NCBI GenBank assembly: GCA_039964305.1 | Contig: JBDVXS010000103.1 | Span: forward strand, 281 to 64,280 | DNA from: Hyphomicrobiales bacterium | GTDB taxonomy: Bacteria > Pseudomonadota > Alphaproteobacteria > Rhizobiales > JACESI01 | Length of the DNA stretch: 64,000 bases | Direction of reading: 5' to 3' | Shown here: one piece after another, positions 8,510-20,481 of the stretch | Numbering within the stretch: the first letter of the stretch is position 1 | How the letters are laid out: each line of letters starts with the position of its first letter | Notes under the pieces: generated by a model | Seen by the model: the letters and a program-made list of their open reading frames with translations, nothing else | The model's database searches: none | Told to the model about the DNA's origin: nothing | Program-made: the position numbers and the translations under genes

Positions 8510-11500
8510 TTATCCAAAATAATCCTGCAAAGAGCGCACTTCAACATCACCTTGGCTGTAAGCTGCTATGCCTTGGGCTGCAGCATTTGCGCCTGTGACT
8601 GTGGTGTAATACGGCACTTTATTGAGCAGGGCTGCTTGTCTGAGTGAACGACTATCTGAGAGCGCCTTTGAGCCGTCTGTTGTGTTGAACACCAGCTGGA
8701 TTTCGCCATTTTTGATGGCATCCACAACATGTGGGCGGCCTTCGAGCACTTTGTTGATGCGCTCCACTTTGAAGCCTTGCTCTTGCAGATAGCGTTGTGT
8801 GCCACCTGTTGCGACGATTTTAAAGCCAATTTCGCTCAGTATTTTCACACCTTCTAAAACACGCGGTTTATCATCGCTCTTTAAGGAAACGAACACCGTG
8901 CCTGAGGTTGGCACTTTTGTGCCGCCGCCAAGTTGTGATTTTGCAAAGGCGATGCCGAAATTGCGATCTAGGCCCATCACTTCGCCTGTTGAACGCATTT
9001 CTGGTCCAAGCACTGTATCGACGCCTGGGAAGCGGGCGAATGGGAAGACGGCTTCTTTAACAGCGATATGATCAAACTGATGTTCTTTCAAATCAAAGTC
9101 TGCAAGCTTCTCGCCAGCCATAATGCGCGACGCAATCTTTGCGATCGGGTCACCGATAGTTTTGGCAACGAACGGCACGGTACGTGATGCGCGTGGGTTG
9201 ACTTCAATCACGTAGATTTCGTCATCTTTCACTGCATATTGCACATTCATAAGGCCGCCAACTTTAAGCGCTAGCGCCATTGCACGGGTCTGTTCTTTAA
9301 GGCGTGCAATCACGCTGTCTGAAAGGGAGTGTGGTGGCAGCGAACAAGCGCTATCCCCAGAGTGAATACCCGCTTCTTCAATATGCTCCATGATGCCGCA
9401 AACGAAGGTGTCTTCGCCGTCACATAAACAATCAACATCAATTTCAATCGCGTTGGTTAGATAGCCATCAATCAGCACAGGCGCGTCACCAGAAACAATC
9501 ACGGCTTTATTGATGTATCGTTCAAATTGAGTGTCGTCATGTACGATTTCCATGCCGCGCCCACCAAGAACGTAAGACGGGCGGATTACGGCAGGATAAC
9601 CGATGCGGTCGACAATTGCTTTCGCTTCATCACGTGAGCGGGCAATGCCGTTGTTTGGTTGCTTGAGATTGAGATCATTGAGCAACGCTTGGAAACGGTC
9701 ACGGTCTTCAGCCAAGTCAATCGCGTCTGGCGAGGTGCCGAGAATTGGAATGCCCGCATCTTCAAGCGCGTTGGCAAGCTTCAACGGGGTTTGCCCGCCG
9801 AACTGAACGATAACGCCATGCAGCGTGCCGTTCTTCTTTTCTTCGCGCAAAATAGCCAGCACATCTTCTTGTGTTAGCGGCTCAAAATAGAGGCGGTCTG
9901 ATGTGTCATAATCAGTTGAAACCGTTTCAGGGTTACAGTTGACCATGATGGTTTCATACCCTTGGTCAGACAAAGCAAAGGCCGCGTGGCAGCAGCAATA
10001 GTCAAACTCGATACCTTGTCCGATACGGTTCGGGCCACCGCCAAGGATGACAACTTTTTTGCGGTCTGTCGGGTATGATTCAGAGCGCGTTTCACCAACA
10101 AAAGGTGTCTCATAGGTTGAATACATATAAGCCGTTGGCGACGCGAATTCTGCCGCACACGTATCAATGCGCTTATAGACAGGATGCACATTCAAGCCGT
10201 CACGGTGAGCAAGAACGGCTGCTTGGTCTTGGTCTGTCAGTTTCGCAAGGCGAGCATCTGAAAAGCCCATTGCTTTAACAGAGCGCATAGTGTGCTCAGT
10301 TGTTGGCAGGCCGTGCTCGCGGATTTTATTTTCCATGTCCACGATAGTGCGAAGTTGGTCGAGGAACCACGGGTCGATTTTGCAGAAGGAATGGATAAAG
10401 TCATTATCCCAACCAAGGCGCATGGCTTGAGCCACTTGCAACAGGCGGTCGGGTGTTGGTGTGCCAAGGGCTGCACGAATGGCATCTTTTTCTTGGCCGT
10501 CGCTATATCCTTCAATCTCAATATCATCGAGACCATCAAGGCCCGTTTCGAGACCTCGAAGGGCTTTTTGCATGGATTCTGCGAATGTTCTGCCAATCGC
10601 CATCACTTCGCCAACAGACTTCATTGCTGTTGTTAGGTTTGGCGATGCGCCTGCGAATTTTTCAAAGGCAAAGCGCGGAATTTTTGTGACCACATAATCA
10701 ATGCTTGGCTCAAAGGACGCAGGCGTTGCACCGCCTGTAATGTCGTTTTCGAGTTCATCGAGCGTGTAGCCAACCGCAAGGCGGGCGGCGACTTTTGCAA
10801 TTGGGAAGCCCGTTGCTTTTGAGGCCAATGCTGAGGAGCGAGAAACCCGTGGGTTCATCTCGATTACAACCAAGCGACCATCTTCAGGGTTCACCGCGAA
10901 CTGGACGTTTGAACCGCCAGTTTCAACGCCAATCTCACGCAATACCGCAATCGATGCATTCCGCATGATTTGATATTCTTTGTCGGTCAGCGTGAGGGCA
11001 GGGGCAACGGTGATGCTGTCGCCTGTATGCACGCCCATCGGGTCGATGTTTTCGATTGCACAAATAATAATGCAGTTGTCCGCTTTGTCGCGAACCACTT
11101 CCATTTCAAACTCTTTCCAACCAAGAACACTCTCTTCAACCAGAACTTCGTTGGTTGGTGAGGCTTCAATGCCGGACAAAACAATGTCGTATAATTCTTC
11201 AAGCGTGTAAGCGATGCCGCCGCCTTGGCCGCCCATGGTGAAGCTTGGGCGGATAATGGCTGGAAGCCCTGTCGTCTCGCTTGCTTTCAAGGCTTGAAGT
11301 TGTGCGGTGAGGCGGTGCTCTTCACGGCGATGGCGCTCGCCTTCCATCCACTGGGTTTCGAATGTTTCGAGCGCTTCGTTGTTGCCCTGTTTGGCAACGT
11401 CAGCGCGTTTGGCATTATACTCGTCTTCGAAGCGCTTTTTTAGCTCCGTTGTATTCACGAAAGCAGCATGCGGCGTATCGAGGCCAATTTTCTGCATGGC

Positions 11501-11902
11501 GTCGCGGAAGAGGTCGCGGTCTTCGGCTTTATCAATAGCCTCAGCCGTCGCGCCAATCATCTCGACATTGTGCTCTTCTAAGACGCCCATTTTCTTGAGA
11601 GACAACGCACAGTTGAGAGCCGTCTGTCCGCCCATGGTTGGCAGGATGGCATCTGGCTTTTCTTTCTCGATAATCTTCGCCACGATTTCGGGCGTGATCG
11701 GTTCGATATAAGTGGCATCTGCAAGCTCAGGGTCTGTCATGATGGTGGCGGGATTGGAGTTCACCAAAATGATCCGGTAGCCTTCCGCTTTCAGCGACTT
11801 ACAGGCTTGGGTGCCGGAGTAATCGAATTCACAAGCTTGACCAATAACAATGGGTCCAGCCCCGACAATGAGGATGGAGGAAATGTCTGTTCTTCTTGGC
11901 AT
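8510..11902 (-). CDS. carB: Carbamoyl-phosphate synthase large subunit
   Basis: [17 protein letters not shown], two ATP-grasp domains ([10 protein letters not shown] and [10 protein letters not shown]) and C-terminal MGS domain. Confidence 0.98.
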   Translation of the reverse strand: MPRRTDISSILIVGAGPIVIGQACEFDYSGTQACKSLKAEGYRIILVNSNPATIMTDPELADATYIEPITPEIVAKIIEKEKPDAILPTMGGQTALNCALSLKKMGVLEEHNVEMIGATAEAIDKAEDRDLFRDAMQKIGLDTPHAAFVNTTELKKRFEDEYNAKRADVAKQGNNEALETFETQWMEGERHRREEHRLTAQLQALKASETTGLPAIIRPSFTMGGQGGGIAYTLEELYDIVLSGIEASPTNEVLVEESVLGWKEFEMEVVRDKADNCIIICAIENIDPMGVHTGDSITVAPALTLTDKEYQIMRNASIAVLREIGVETGGSNVQFAVNPEDGRLVVIEMNPRVSRSSALASKATGFPIAKVAARLAVGYTLDELENDITGGATPASFEPSIDYVVTKIPRFAFEKFAGASPNLTTAMKSVGEVMAIGRTFAESMQKALRGLETGLDGLDDIEIEGYSDGQEKDAIRAALGTPTPDRLLQVAQAMRLGWDNDFIHSFCKIDPWFLDQLRTIVDMENKIREHGLPTTEHTMRSVKAMGFSDARLAKLTDQDQAAVLAHRDGLNVHPVYKRIDTCAAEFASPTAYMYSTYETPFVGETRSESYPTDRKKVVILGGGPNRIGQGIEFDYCCCHAAFALSDQGYETIMVNCNPETVSTDYDTSDRLYFEPLTQEDVLAILREEKKNGTLHGVIVQFGGQTPLKLANALEDAGIPILGTSPDAIDLAEDRDRFQALLNDLNLKQPNNGIARSRDEAKAIVDRIGYPAVIRPSYVLGGRGMEIVHDDTQFERYINKAVIVSGDAPVLIDGYLTNAIEIDVDCLCDGEDTFVCGIMEHIEEAGIHSGDSACSLPPHSLSDSVIARLKEQTRAMALALKVGGLMNVQYAVKDDEIYVIEVNPRASRTVPFVAKTIGDPIAKIASRIMAGEKLADFDLKEHQFDHIAVKEAVFPFARFPGVDTVLGPEMRSTGEVMGLDRNFGIAFAKSQLGGGTKVPTSGTVFVSLKSDDKPRVLEGVKILSEIGFKIVATGGTQRYLQEQGFKVERINKVLEGRPHVVDAIKNGEIQLVFNTTDGSKALSDSRSLRQAALLNKVPYYTTVTGANAAAQGIAAYSQGDVEVRSLQDYFG

Positions 11903-12233
11903 AAGGACCTGCTTTTTTTAGTTATACGACAGGGAGGTTCTGCAAAAAACCCGTGACGCTGAGGGCGACCGGGTGACGTGCTATTCAATGTCGTGGCTAA
12001 GGCTTTTCTATAGGCAAATGATTGACTGTTGAAAAGGGCTGATTGACGATTCTAGTGAATAAAGTCGTGAAAAATACATGGTTTTTATCTTGATGCGGGT
12101 CGAAGGTCGGTTTGCTAGGGGACAATGGCCTTTTTTCGACCTCTTTACAGAGGACAAATCAATGGCAGCGCCTTATAAGTAGGGCACTGTAAAGTTGTAA
12201 TTGTATGAAGAATGAACAGGGGAATTCTTAATC

Positions 12234-13145
12234 ATGCGTTGGAAAGGTCGTCGACAAAGTTCGAATGTAGAAGATGTGCGTGGAGGCCGCCGAGGCGGGT
12301 TTCGTGTCCCAACAGGTCGTGGTGGACGCGGGGTTCGTCGTGCTGGTGGTGGTGGCGGAATTGGTCTCATCATTGTTGGCCTGATTGCCTATTTCGTCTT
12401 CGGTATTAATCCGCTGACCTTTTTAGGTGGTGGCGGCGGTGGTCTTGGCGGTTTGACAGGCGGGCAGCAGCAATCGGTTGCCCCACAAAATGGTCGCCCT
12501 GCTAATGATGAAATGAGCCAATTCGTTCGCGTGGTCTTGGCTGATACAGAAGATGCTTGGGAGCAAGTTTTTGCTGAGCGTAATGCTCGCTATCAAAGAC
12601 CCGTCTTGCAGCTGTTCACAGGTCAAACACGTTCAGCGTGTGGTGCAGCCTCTTCTGCTTCTGGGCCGTTTTATTGTCCAGCAGACAGCAAGGTTTATAT
12701 CGACCTTAGTTTTTATGATGAGCTTCGTCGTCGTTTTGAAGCGCCTGGTGATTTTGCGCAAGCCTATGTGTTGGCGCACGAGGTTGGCCACCATGTTCAA
12801 AATTTGATTGGTGTTTTGCCAGAATTCAACAAACGCCGCCGCACAATGAGCAAAGCGCAAGAAAATGCCATGTCTGTTCGTGTCGAGCTACAGGCTGATT
12901 GTTTCGCTGGTATTTGGGCCAACTATGCATCCGGTAAAGGCTATCTTGAAGCAGGCGATATTGGTGAAGCTCTTAATGCTGCCACACAAATTGGTGATGA
13001 TGCGATTCAAAGACGCACGCAAGGTTATGTGGTGCCAGAAAGCTTCAATCACGGCACATCTGCCCAGCGCAAAAGATGGTTTGGTCGTGGTTATCAATCT
13101 GGCAAACTGGAAGCTTGTGATTCGTTTAACGCAACTCAGCTTTAA
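12234..13145 (+). CDS. Neutral zinc metallopeptidase (YpfJ family)
   Basis: MRWKGRRQSSNVED N-terminus, GPFYCPAD, AHEVGHHVQ (HExxH), ELQADCFAG and FNHGTSAQR. Confidence 0.9.
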   Translation: MRWKGRRQSSNVEDVRGGRRGGFRVPTGRGGRGVRRAGGGGGIGLIIVGLIAYFVFGINPLTFLGGGGGGLGGLTGGQQQSVAPQNGRPANDEMSQFVRVVLADTEDAWEQVFAERNARYQRPVLQLFTGQTRSACGAASSASGPFYCPADSKVYIDLSFYDELRRRFEAPGDFAQAYVLAHEVGHHVQNLIGVLPEFNKRRRTMSKAQENAMSVRVELQADCFAGIWANYASGKGYLEAGDIGEALNAATQIGDDAIQRRTQGYVVPESFNHGTSAQRKRWFGRGYQSGKLEACDSFNATQL

Positions 13146-13160
13146 GGTTCTTGCCTCGCA

Positions 13161-13670
13161 ATGTTTGGACGTATTGTCATTCTCATTTTCGGTCTTTTTG
13201 GTGCGTCAGGACTTGCACAAGGACCGGAAATGGCGAGCCAATACGAACAACGCATTGGCGGCGCTCTGGGTGAACTGCAAACGGTGATTGAGCAATTTGA
13301 CAAAGATGTTGCAAAAAACGGTTTAACCCGTGAGACCGCATTGGAAACTTATAGCCAAGCCTCAGCACCATTTTTGAAAGACAGAGGGCGGTCGATGCAG
13401 ATTGCTCTGTCGCGGTTTGACACTTTAACTCACCAAGTGAAGACCTTTAAAACCAGCAACGATCTTTATAAGCCGATTTATCTCTTTGCAGAGGGCGACG
13501 AAAAGGTGATGCAAGGCATGCTGAAAGATTACACCTTCGGCATACCAGCGACCTTGTCTGGTTTCGTCTACGCGGTCTTCGGCTTTTTCTTCGGCGGATT
13601 CTTTGGTTGGGTCATACGCATATTCTCGCCACGGGATGCAGGCCATGGCGATGTTCGTGTAACCAAATAA
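13161..13670 (+). CDS. DUF2937-family protein
   Basis: N-terminal hydrophobic segment, QGPEMASQYEQRIGGALGEL motif and C-terminal TM segment. Confidence 0.75.
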   Translation: MFGRIVILIFGLFGASGLAQGPEMASQYEQRIGGALGELQTVIEQFDKDVAKNGLTRETALETYSQASAPFLKDRGRSMQIALSRFDTLTHQVKTFKTSNDLYKPIYLFAEGDEKVMQGMLKDYTFGIPATLSGFVYAVFGFFFGGFFGWVIRIFSPRDAGHGDVRVTK

Positions 13671-13687
13671 TTTTAGTTGTCAGCCAA

Positions 13688-14887
13688 TTATGCCTGTTCG
13701 TGCTCTGGCAACAGCGCCTCTTGGCGACGGGCGCGCATGAGATTCACAAACCGGCGGAAGAGATAATGGCTATCTTGTGGGCCAGGGGATGCTTCTGGGT
13801 GGTGCTGCACGGAAAACACAGATTTTCCTGTAACGGCCAAACCACAATTGGATTCGTCAAACAGAGAAATATGCGTTTCTTCAACACCATCTGGAAGGCT
13901 TGAACCATCAACCGCAAAGCCGTGGTTCATGGAGACGATTTCAACCTTGCTGGTTGTGTGGTCTTTTACCGGATGGTTTGCGCCGTGATGGCCTTGGTGC
14001 ATTTTCATCGTTTTTGCGCCAAGAGCTAACGCGAGCATTTGGTGGCCGAGACAAATACCAAAAGTTGGAATGTCTGCTGCAACCACTGCTTTGATTGTAT
14101 CAATTGCATAAGCGCCGGTTGCTTCAGGGTCACCGGGGCCATTTGATAAGAACACGCCATCAGGGTTGAGGCTTGTTACATCGCTAGCGCTGGCATTGGC
14201 TGGCAACACTGTTACCTTGCAGCCAAGACCTGCAAGCAGGCGGAGAATGTTGCGCTTCACGCCAAAATCGAGAGCGACCACATGATAGGGAGTTTCAGAA
14301 GCTTTCTTGAAGCCTTCGTTCCAAACCCAAGGAGCTTCTGTCCACTCATATGATTTTTCAGTCGTGACTGTTTTCGCCAAATCCATGCCAACAAGGCCCG
14401 GCCATGCAGCAGCTTTTGCTTTTAGCGCATCAATGTCGAACTTACCGTCTTTATTATAAGCAATCACAGCATTCGGCATGCCGTTTTCGCGGACAAGATT
14501 TGTCAGCGCGCGCGTGTCGATGCCAGCCATGCCGATAATGTTGCGCGCCTTTAACCATTGGTCGAGGTGGCGGGTTGAGCGGTAATTTGAAGGCTCTGTA
14601 ATGTCTGCTTTGATAATGCAACCACGCACGCCATTTAAATCAGCTTCGGCAACTGTTTCCATGTCGTCATCATTCGCGCCAACGTTGCCGATGTGCGGAA
14701 AAGTGAAAGTGACGATTTGTCCAGCGTATGACGGGTCGGTCAGGATTTCTTGGTAGCCGGTGATCGCTGTGTTGAAGCAAACTTCTGCTTCAACCGCGCC
14801 CTCAGCGCCAAGGCCCATGCCTTGAATGACTGTTCCATCGGCAAGAACCAAAACGGCGGTTGGGGTTGGGTCAATCCATGCGCTCAT
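13688..14887 (-). CDS. carA: Carbamoyl-phosphate synthase small subunit
   Basis: EVCFNTAITGYQEILTDPSY, SNGPGDP, FGICLGHQ (catalytic Cys) and QHHPEASPGP. Start set at MSAWIDPTPT. Confidence 0.97.
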   Translation of the reverse strand: MSAWIDPTPTAVLVLADGTVIQGMGLGAEGAVEAEVCFNTAITGYQEILTDPSYAGQIVTFTFPHIGNVGANDDDMETVAEADLNGVRGCIIKADITEPSNYRSTRHLDQWLKARNIIGMAGIDTRALTNLVRENGMPNAVIAYNKDGKFDIDALKAKAAAWPGLVGMDLAKTVTTEKSYEWTEAPWVWNEGFKKASETPYHVVALDFGVKRNILRLLAGLGCKVTVLPANASASDVTSLNPDGVFLSNGPGDPEATGAYAIDTIKAVVAADIPTFGICLGHQMLALALGAKTMKMHQGHHGANHPVKDHTTSKVEIVSMNHGFAVDGSSLPDGVEETHISLFDESNCGLAVTGKSVFSVQHHPEASPGPQDSHYLFRRFVNLMRARRQEALLPEHEQA

Positions 14888-14967
14888 TCTTCTGGCTCCT
14901 TTGTGCTCACCCCGCGCGTCGTTATGTCGGCAGGTGAGATATTTGTCGATTTTCAAAGATTAAAGGG

Positions 14968-14996
14968 GTGATAAGAGAAACGAGCGGCAAGGTCAA
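14968..14996 (-). promoter_or_regulatory. Putative sigma70 promoter for carA
   Basis: Minus strand TTGACC-N17-TATCAC about 80 nt upstream of the ATG. Confidence 0.55.
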
Positions 14997-15123
14997 TATT
15001 TCAACTAAATTTGAAGACCAATAAAAACAATGGTTTAGAAAATTTTATTGTGTTGCCTGTGGATATACGTCTATTTATGATCTGCTCCATCACTCCACTG
15101 TGGCAATTAAAGGCCTTCTCTTA

Positions 15124-15573
15124 ATGCGTGATCAAATTTCTGCGGCTCTTAAAACAGCAATGCATGCTCGCAACAAATGCGAAACCAATACGCTTCGCCT
15201 TATTACGGCTGCGATCAAGGATCGCGATATTATGCAGCGCAAAGGCGGTGACGGGCGCACCTCTGATGAAGAGATTCTTGATGTGTTGGCAAAAATGGTC
15301 AAGCAGCGAGAAGAATCGGCACGCGTTTATGATGGGGCAGGGCGGTTAGAACTTGCTGAACAAGAGCGCGAAGAGATTTCTATCATTCAAGGTTTTTTAC
15401 CAACCCAGCTTGATGAAGAAGCCACAAAAACAGCCTGCCAAAATGCCATTTCTAATTGCGGGGCTGAAGGCTTGCGCGATATGGGTAAAGTGATGGGCGT
15501 GCTTAAGGGCGAATATCCAGGGCAAATGGATTTTGGCAAAGCGTCATGCATTGTGAAAGAACTGCTCGGTTAA
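15124..15573 (+). CDS. GatB/YqeY domain protein
   Basis: LKTAM...TLRLI...KMVKQREES...YDGAGRLELAEQE...FLPTQL...DMGKVM pattern. Lies upstream of dnaG. Confidence 0.92.
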   Translation: MRDQISAALKTAMHARNKCETNTLRLITAAIKDRDIMQRKGGDGRTSDEEILDVLAKMVKQREESARVYDGAGRLELAEQEREEISIIQGFLPTQLDEEATKTACQNAISNCGAEGLRDMGKVMGVLKGEYPGQMDFGKASCIVKELLG

Positions 15574-15612
15574 TTCAGAGCATGGTGAGTGTAGAGTAGT
15601 GGGTGACTGATT

Positions 15613-15972
15613 ATGATTATTGCTGTTGCCCTTTTTCTGATTGCTTTTAGTGCGCTTTGGCAATCGTACCGCGACCCACAGGTTAATCTTTCATTCCTCT
15701 CTGAAAATGCAACCGCGCTGGCGTTCCTTTGTCTCTTCGTGGCGATTGGCGCATTGCTGGTCAACCATTTGCAACACTCAGCCTATGGCGGAACGGACGG
15801 GCTTTATCTGCTTGGTGTGGTTTTTAGTTGGGGCGGACTGATTTTGCTGTGGTTCTTACGCAAACACCCCAAAGACAGAAAGCCACCTGATTTCTTGTTA
15901 ATGCCGCTGGGCCTGATTGATAAGAGCTTGCTGACGATTGCGGGGCTGTGTGTTTTGGCGCTGGTTTGGTGA
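15613..15972 (+). CDS. Hypothetical small membrane protein
   Basis: 119 aa with about four hydrophobic segments, filling the gap between yqeY and dnaG. No family recognised. Confidence 0.55.
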   Translation: MIIAVALFLIAFSALWQSYRDPQVNLSFLSENATALAFLCLFVAIGALLVNHLQHSAYGGTDGLYLLGVVFSWGGLILLWFLRKHPKDRKPPDFLLMPLGLIDKSLLTIAGLCVLALVW

Positions 15973-16067
15973 CGAATTAACGAGATCGTGGTCCTAAATT
16001 ACGTTTGTTCCCGTAATCCACATCAATGGTGCTTGAAACAAAGCTCAATACCTACGATACCTCATTT

Positions 16068-18068
16068 ATGGCCCGCTTTACTCCTCAGATTTTGGATGAA
16101 ATCCGAAACCGATTGACCCTGTCCGACATTGTTGGGCGGCGAGTGACGTATGATAAGCGTAAGAGCCAGCCGCAAAAGGGCGATTTTTGGGCTTGTTGTC
16201 CGTTTCACAATGAAAAAACGCCATCCTTCCACGTGGACGATCGCCGCAATATTTATCATTGCTTCGGCTGTGGTGTGACGGGGGATCATTTTCGGTTTTT
16301 GACCGAGAAAGAAGGCCTGTCTTTTCCTGAAGCGGTGGAACGTCTTGCCGATGAGGCGGGTGTCGCATTACCAAAGCTTGATCCGCGCGAGGTGGAGCGC
16401 GAGAAAAAGCGTGGTTCGCTTTATGATGTTGTGGCGTTTGCCCAGCAGTTCTTTCTTGAACAATTACAAGGCCCGCTTGGTGCGGCGGCGCGTGGGTATC
16501 TGCAACAACGCGGGTTGAGCTTAGAAACGCAACGGCATTTTGGTATCGGTTTTGCGCCGCGTGATCGTTCAGCATTGAAGCAATATTTGGTTTCAAAAGG
16601 CGTTGAGCATGACCAAATGGTAGAGGCGGGCTTGGTTGTTTCTGGTCCTGATGTGCCTGTATCCTATGACAAATTCCGCGACCGCATTATGTTCCCAATT
16701 CTTGATTTGCGCGAGCGGGTAATTGCCTTTGGTGGACGCGCTATGTCTGCGGATAATCCAGCCAAATACATGAACTCGCCTGAGACACCGCTGTTTTCAA
16801 AACGATCCGTTTTATATAATGCCGCGAACGCTAGAAAAGTAGCCTACGACCGTAAAAGGATTGTCGTTGTTGAAGGCTATATGGATGTGATTGCCTTAGC
16901 TCAGGCAGGCATACCAGAGGCGGTCGCACCGCTGGGTACTGCGCTTACGGGCGAGCAATTGCACCTTTTATGGAAAATCGCTGACGAGCCAATCTTATGC
17001 TTTGATGGTGATGAAGCAGGCCAACGGGCGGCGAACCGTTCTGTCGATGTCGCGCTTCCGCTCTTGAAGCCCGGTAAGACGGTGCAGTTTACAATGCTGC
17101 CAGATGGTCAAGACCCTGACGACCTCATCAATGCTGAAGGTGTGGAGGCCGTTGAGGAGTTGTTAAACGACGCGCGCAGTCTTTCAGACCTCATTTGGGT
17201 GCGGGAGGCTGAGAGCGGAACGTTTGATACGCCAGAGCGCAAGGCTGCCTTAGAGGCGCGTTTTTCAGACCTTATTCGGTCCATTGCGGACCAAAATGTT
17301 CGTCGTCATTATGAACAAGCCTTTCGCGATAAAATGCAGTCGTTCTTCTCACCCAATGGTGTTGCTGGTCAATCAGGTGGTGGGTACGCCAATGGCGGGT
17401 ATGGGCAAAACAACTATGGCCGTTCGTACAACAAGGGCGGTGGCGGCTATAATCGAGATTTCTCAAACCGTCGTGGCGGATTTAATGGCGGACGAGGCGG
17501 CGGGCGCAATAATGGCCCCATGATTACAGACCGTCTTAGAAAAAACCCTCTAACGTCTAAGAATTATGGTCGCGGTCAGCCGTTAATCTCGCGTGAGGTG
17601 GTGCTTGTTGCGACCTTGATGAACCACCCCGAATTGCTGAATGATTATTTTGAAAGCTTCTCAGAACTAAGATTCAAAAACGCGGTTCTTGCCAAGTTAC
17701 AGTCAGGTTTATTGAACAGCGTTGCTGTAGGACACGAGTTTTCGGCCTCACAATTGCGGTTATTTTTGGTGCGAGAAGGGCTTGAAGATGAAGTTTTTCG
17801 CATTGAAGCAGCGGTAAATGGCCTCCATATGTGGCAAATCGGTCCAAAAGCGCCAGTTTCTGTGGCAGAAATGGGTTACAAGCAAGCTCAAGCCTTGCAT
17901 CATCGCGCACATACATTACATAAAGAGTTGAAGGCAGCCGAACGCGCTTACGCAAATGACGAAAGCGAATTAAACCTTGAGAGACTGCTAGACGTAAATG
18001 CACAAATTGTCAGTGTCGATGAAGATGATGTCTTACTCGGCAACTTAGAAGATATGCCAAATGGCTAG
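16068..18068 (+). CDS. dnaG: DNA primase
   Basis: Zn-binding CPFHNEKTPSF...CFGC, FRDRIMFPI, KYMNSPET, Toprim VVEGYMDVI, FDGDEAG and DPDD. Confidence 0.97.
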   Translation: MARFTPQILDEIRNRLTLSDIVGRRVTYDKRKSQPQKGDFWACCPFHNEKTPSFHVDDRRNIYHCFGCGVTGDHFRFLTEKEGLSFPEAVERLADEAGVALPKLDPREVEREKKRGSLYDVVAFAQQFFLEQLQGPLGAAARGYLQQRGLSLETQRHFGIGFAPRDRSALKQYLVSKGVEHDQMVEAGLVVSGPDVPVSYDKFRDRIMFPILDLRERVIAFGGRAMSADNPAKYMNSPETPLFSKRSVLYNAANARKVAYDRKRIVVVEGYMDVIALAQAGIPEAVAPLGTALTGEQLHLLWKIADEPILCFDGDEAGQRAANRSVDVALPLLKPGKTVQFTMLPDGQDPDDLINAEGVEAVEELLNDARSLSDLIWVREAESGTFDTPERKAALEARFSDLIRSIADQNVRRHYEQAFRDKMQSFFSPNGVAGQSGGGYANGGYGQNNYGRSYNKGGGGYNRDFSNRRGGFNGGRGGGRNNGPMITDRLRKNPLTSKNYGRGQPLISREVVLVATLMNHPELLNDYFESFSELRFKNAVLAKLQSGLLNSVAVGHEFSASQLRLFLVREGLEDEVFRIEAAVNGLHMWQIGPKAPVSVAEMGYKQAQALHHRAHTLHKELKAAERAYANDESELNLERLLDVNAQIVSVDEDDVLLGNLEDMPNG

Positions 18069-18351
18069 GAGCCACCTTTTTTGAGGGGCTTTTAGTGAGC
18101 ATATTGAAGGGGAATGACACATCTGAGGCCCGTAGACAGCCATTGTTGGAAGCGGAAAGAAAGATTTGAGGTTCGGCACTAAGGTTAATCGACACTTAAC
18201 TCACACCTGATATTTAAGATTCGGACGCTGACGGGCGGGCCGAAGACAGTGATGTTTAAGCCATTAACCAGATGCAGAAGAAACGAGTTGGCGAGGCGGT
18301 TTGATCACCCCCTTGCGGTGGCTTTTAGCCACCAACACCTGGAGAACATGA

Positions 18352-20328
18352 ATGGCAACGAAAGCCACGGAAAAGAAAAGCGCTGGGGATTCTCAAGGCG
18401 AGAATACAGATGGACCGCTTCTTGACCTGACAGACGCCGCCGTCAAAAAGATGATTAAAGTCGCCAAGAAGCGCGGCTTTGTCACTTATGATGAACTTAA
18501 CAACGTAATGCCATCAGACGAAGTGACGTCTGAGCAAATTGAAGACATCATGTCCATGCTGTCTGATATGGGCATTAATGTGGTTGAAGATGATGAAGGC
18601 GAAGAAGAGGGTGAAAGCTCGGGCGGAGAACTTGTAGAAGCAAACAAGTCAACTGCTGTCGCCACCACCGCTAAAAAAGAACCAACCGACCGAACCGATG
18701 ACCCTGTGCGCATGTATTTGCGCGAAATGGGTTCTGTTGAGCTGCTTTCTCGTGAAGGCGAGATTGCGATTGCTAAGCGGATCGAAGCAGGTCGTGAGGC
18801 GATGATTGCAGGGCTTTGCGAAAGCCCTTTGACATTCCAAGCGATTATTATTTGGCGTGATGAGCTGGCAGAAGAGAAAATTCTGTTGCGCGACATTATC
18901 GACCTTGAAGCGACCTATGCTGGCCCTGATGCCAAGCAAGCACCCGCTGCGCCAACTGCTGAAGAGCAGGAAGCGAAAAAAGAAGAAGAAAACCGTCGTC
19001 CTGAAAATGGCGAAGGTACTGAGGGTGACGAAGACGAAGACGATGAGGATTTGGAAAACAATATCTCATTGGCTGCGATGGAAGCTGAGCTTAAGCCTGA
19101 AGTTGTCTCCACCTTTGACCGCATCGCGAACAATTATGCGAAGCTTCGCAAGCTGCAAGATAAGCTTGTTGAAACAACACTTGCCGATGGCGACCAATCA
19201 GGTAGCGACAGCAAGAAGATGAAGGGTTTCCGCGAGGAAATTGAGACGGATGTTAAGTCCTTGTCGCTCAACCAAAACCGGATTGAAGCGCTTGTTGAAC
19301 AGCTTTATGACATCAACAAAAAGCTGATCGGCTATGAAGGCCGTCTTCTAAGGCTGGCTGAATCTTATGGCGTGAAACGCGAACAATTTATCGAGCATTA
19401 TCAGGGGTCAGAACTGAACCCTAACTGGCTTGAAAATGTTGGTGAGCTTACGGGTCGCGGCTGGAAAGAGTTTTCTAACTCGGAAGAAACGCGCGTTTCT
19501 GATTTGCGTGCGGAAATTCAGCACTTGGCCTCTGAAACAGGTCTTGTAACTGGTGAGTTCCGCAACATTGTTCATATGGTGCAAAAAGGCGAGCGCGAAG
19601 CACGCCAAGCGAAGAAAGAGATGGTGGAAGCAAACCTCCGTCTCGTGATTTCGATTGCGAAGAAATACACCAATCGCGGTTTGCAATTCTTGGATCTCAT
19701 TCAAGAAGGCAATATCGGTCTTATGAAAGCGGTTGATAAATTTGAATATCGCCGTGGTTATAAATTCTCGACCTATGCGACATGGTGGATCCGTCAGGCA
19801 ATCACCCGTTCAATCGCTGACCAAGCGCGAACAATTCGTATTCCTGTGCACATGATTGAGACGATCAACAAAATCGTTCGCACAAGCCGTCAAATGCTCC
19901 ACGAGATTGGTCGTGAACCAACGCCGGAAGAGTTATCGAACAAGCTTGCTATGCCGCTTGAAAAAGTGCGCAAGGTTTTGAAAATCGCAAAAGAGCCGAT
20001 TTCCCTCGAAACGCCGATTGGTGACGAGGAAGATTCGCATCTTGGTGATTTCATTGAAGACAAAAATGCGATTTTGCCAATTGATGCCGCCATTCAGGCG
20101 AACTTGCGTGAAACAACGACCCGCGTTTTGGCGTCACTCACCCCGCGTGAGGAACGTGTTTTGCGGATGCGTTTTGGTATCGGCATGAATACCGACCACA
20201 CACTGGAAGAGGTTGGACAACAATTTTCTGTTACACGCGAACGTATTCGTCAGATTGAAGCGAAAGCGTTGCGGAAATTGAAGCACCCAAGCCGGTCGCG
20301 GAAATTGCGTTCTTTCTTGGATAGCTAG
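18352..20328 (+). CDS. rpoD: RNA polymerase sigma factor RpoD (sigma70)
   Basis: Region 1.1, [43 protein letters not shown] and [16 protein letters not shown]. Confidence 0.99.
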   Translation: MATKATEKKSAGDSQGENTDGPLLDLTDAAVKKMIKVAKKRGFVTYDELNNVMPSDEVTSEQIEDIMSMLSDMGINVVEDDEGEEEGESSGGELVEANKSTAVATTAKKEPTDRTDDPVRMYLREMGSVELLSREGEIAIAKRIEAGREAMIAGLCESPLTFQAIIIWRDELAEEKILLRDIIDLEATYAGPDAKQAPAAPTAEEQEAKKEEENRRPENGEGTEGDEDEDDEDLENNISLAAMEAELKPEVVSTFDRIANNYAKLRKLQDKLVETTLADGDQSGSDSKKMKGFREEIETDVKSLSLNQNRIEALVEQLYDINKKLIGYEGRLLRLAESYGVKREQFIEHYQGSELNPNWLENVGELTGRGWKEFSNSEETRVSDLRAEIQHLASETGLVTGEFRNIVHMVQKGEREARQAKKEMVEANLRLVISIAKKYTNRGLQFLDLIQEGNIGLMKAVDKFEYRRGYKFSTYATWWIRQAITRSIADQARTIRIPVHMIETINKIVRTSRQMLHEIGREPTPEELSNKLAMPLEKVRKVLKIAKEPISLETPIGDEEDSHLGDFIEDKNAILPIDAAIQANLRETTTRVLASLTPREERVLRMRFGIGMNTDHTLEEVGQQFSVTRERIRQIEAKALRKLKHPSRSRKLRSFLDS

Positions 20329-20353
20329 ACGATTTACATCGTTAGAAAATATC

Positions 20354-20387
20354 ATCCCGCAGGTTCATATAGCCTGCGGGATTTTTT
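20354..20387 (+). terminator. Rho-independent terminator after rpoD
   Basis: atcccgcagg...cctgcgggat followed by a T-run. Confidence 0.85.
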
Positions 20388-20417
20388 GTGGCTTTATGTA
20401 AGATTGGCCGCAAAAGC

Positions 20418-20446
20418 TTGACAGGCATCAAGTAACTGGGTGCAAT
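20418..20446 (+). promoter_or_regulatory. Putative sigma70 promoter
   Basis: TTGACA-N17-TGCAAT upstream of the 20482 ORF. Confidence 0.5.
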
Positions 20447-20481
20447 ATTAAGGGAGCGTTGATGTTTAAAGGATCGATTTC

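Noticed and set aside
11290..11455. Charged helical insertion in CarB
   Set aside because: Similar insertions are, as I recall, usual in Rhizobiales CarB, so it is a lineage trait rather than a novelty.
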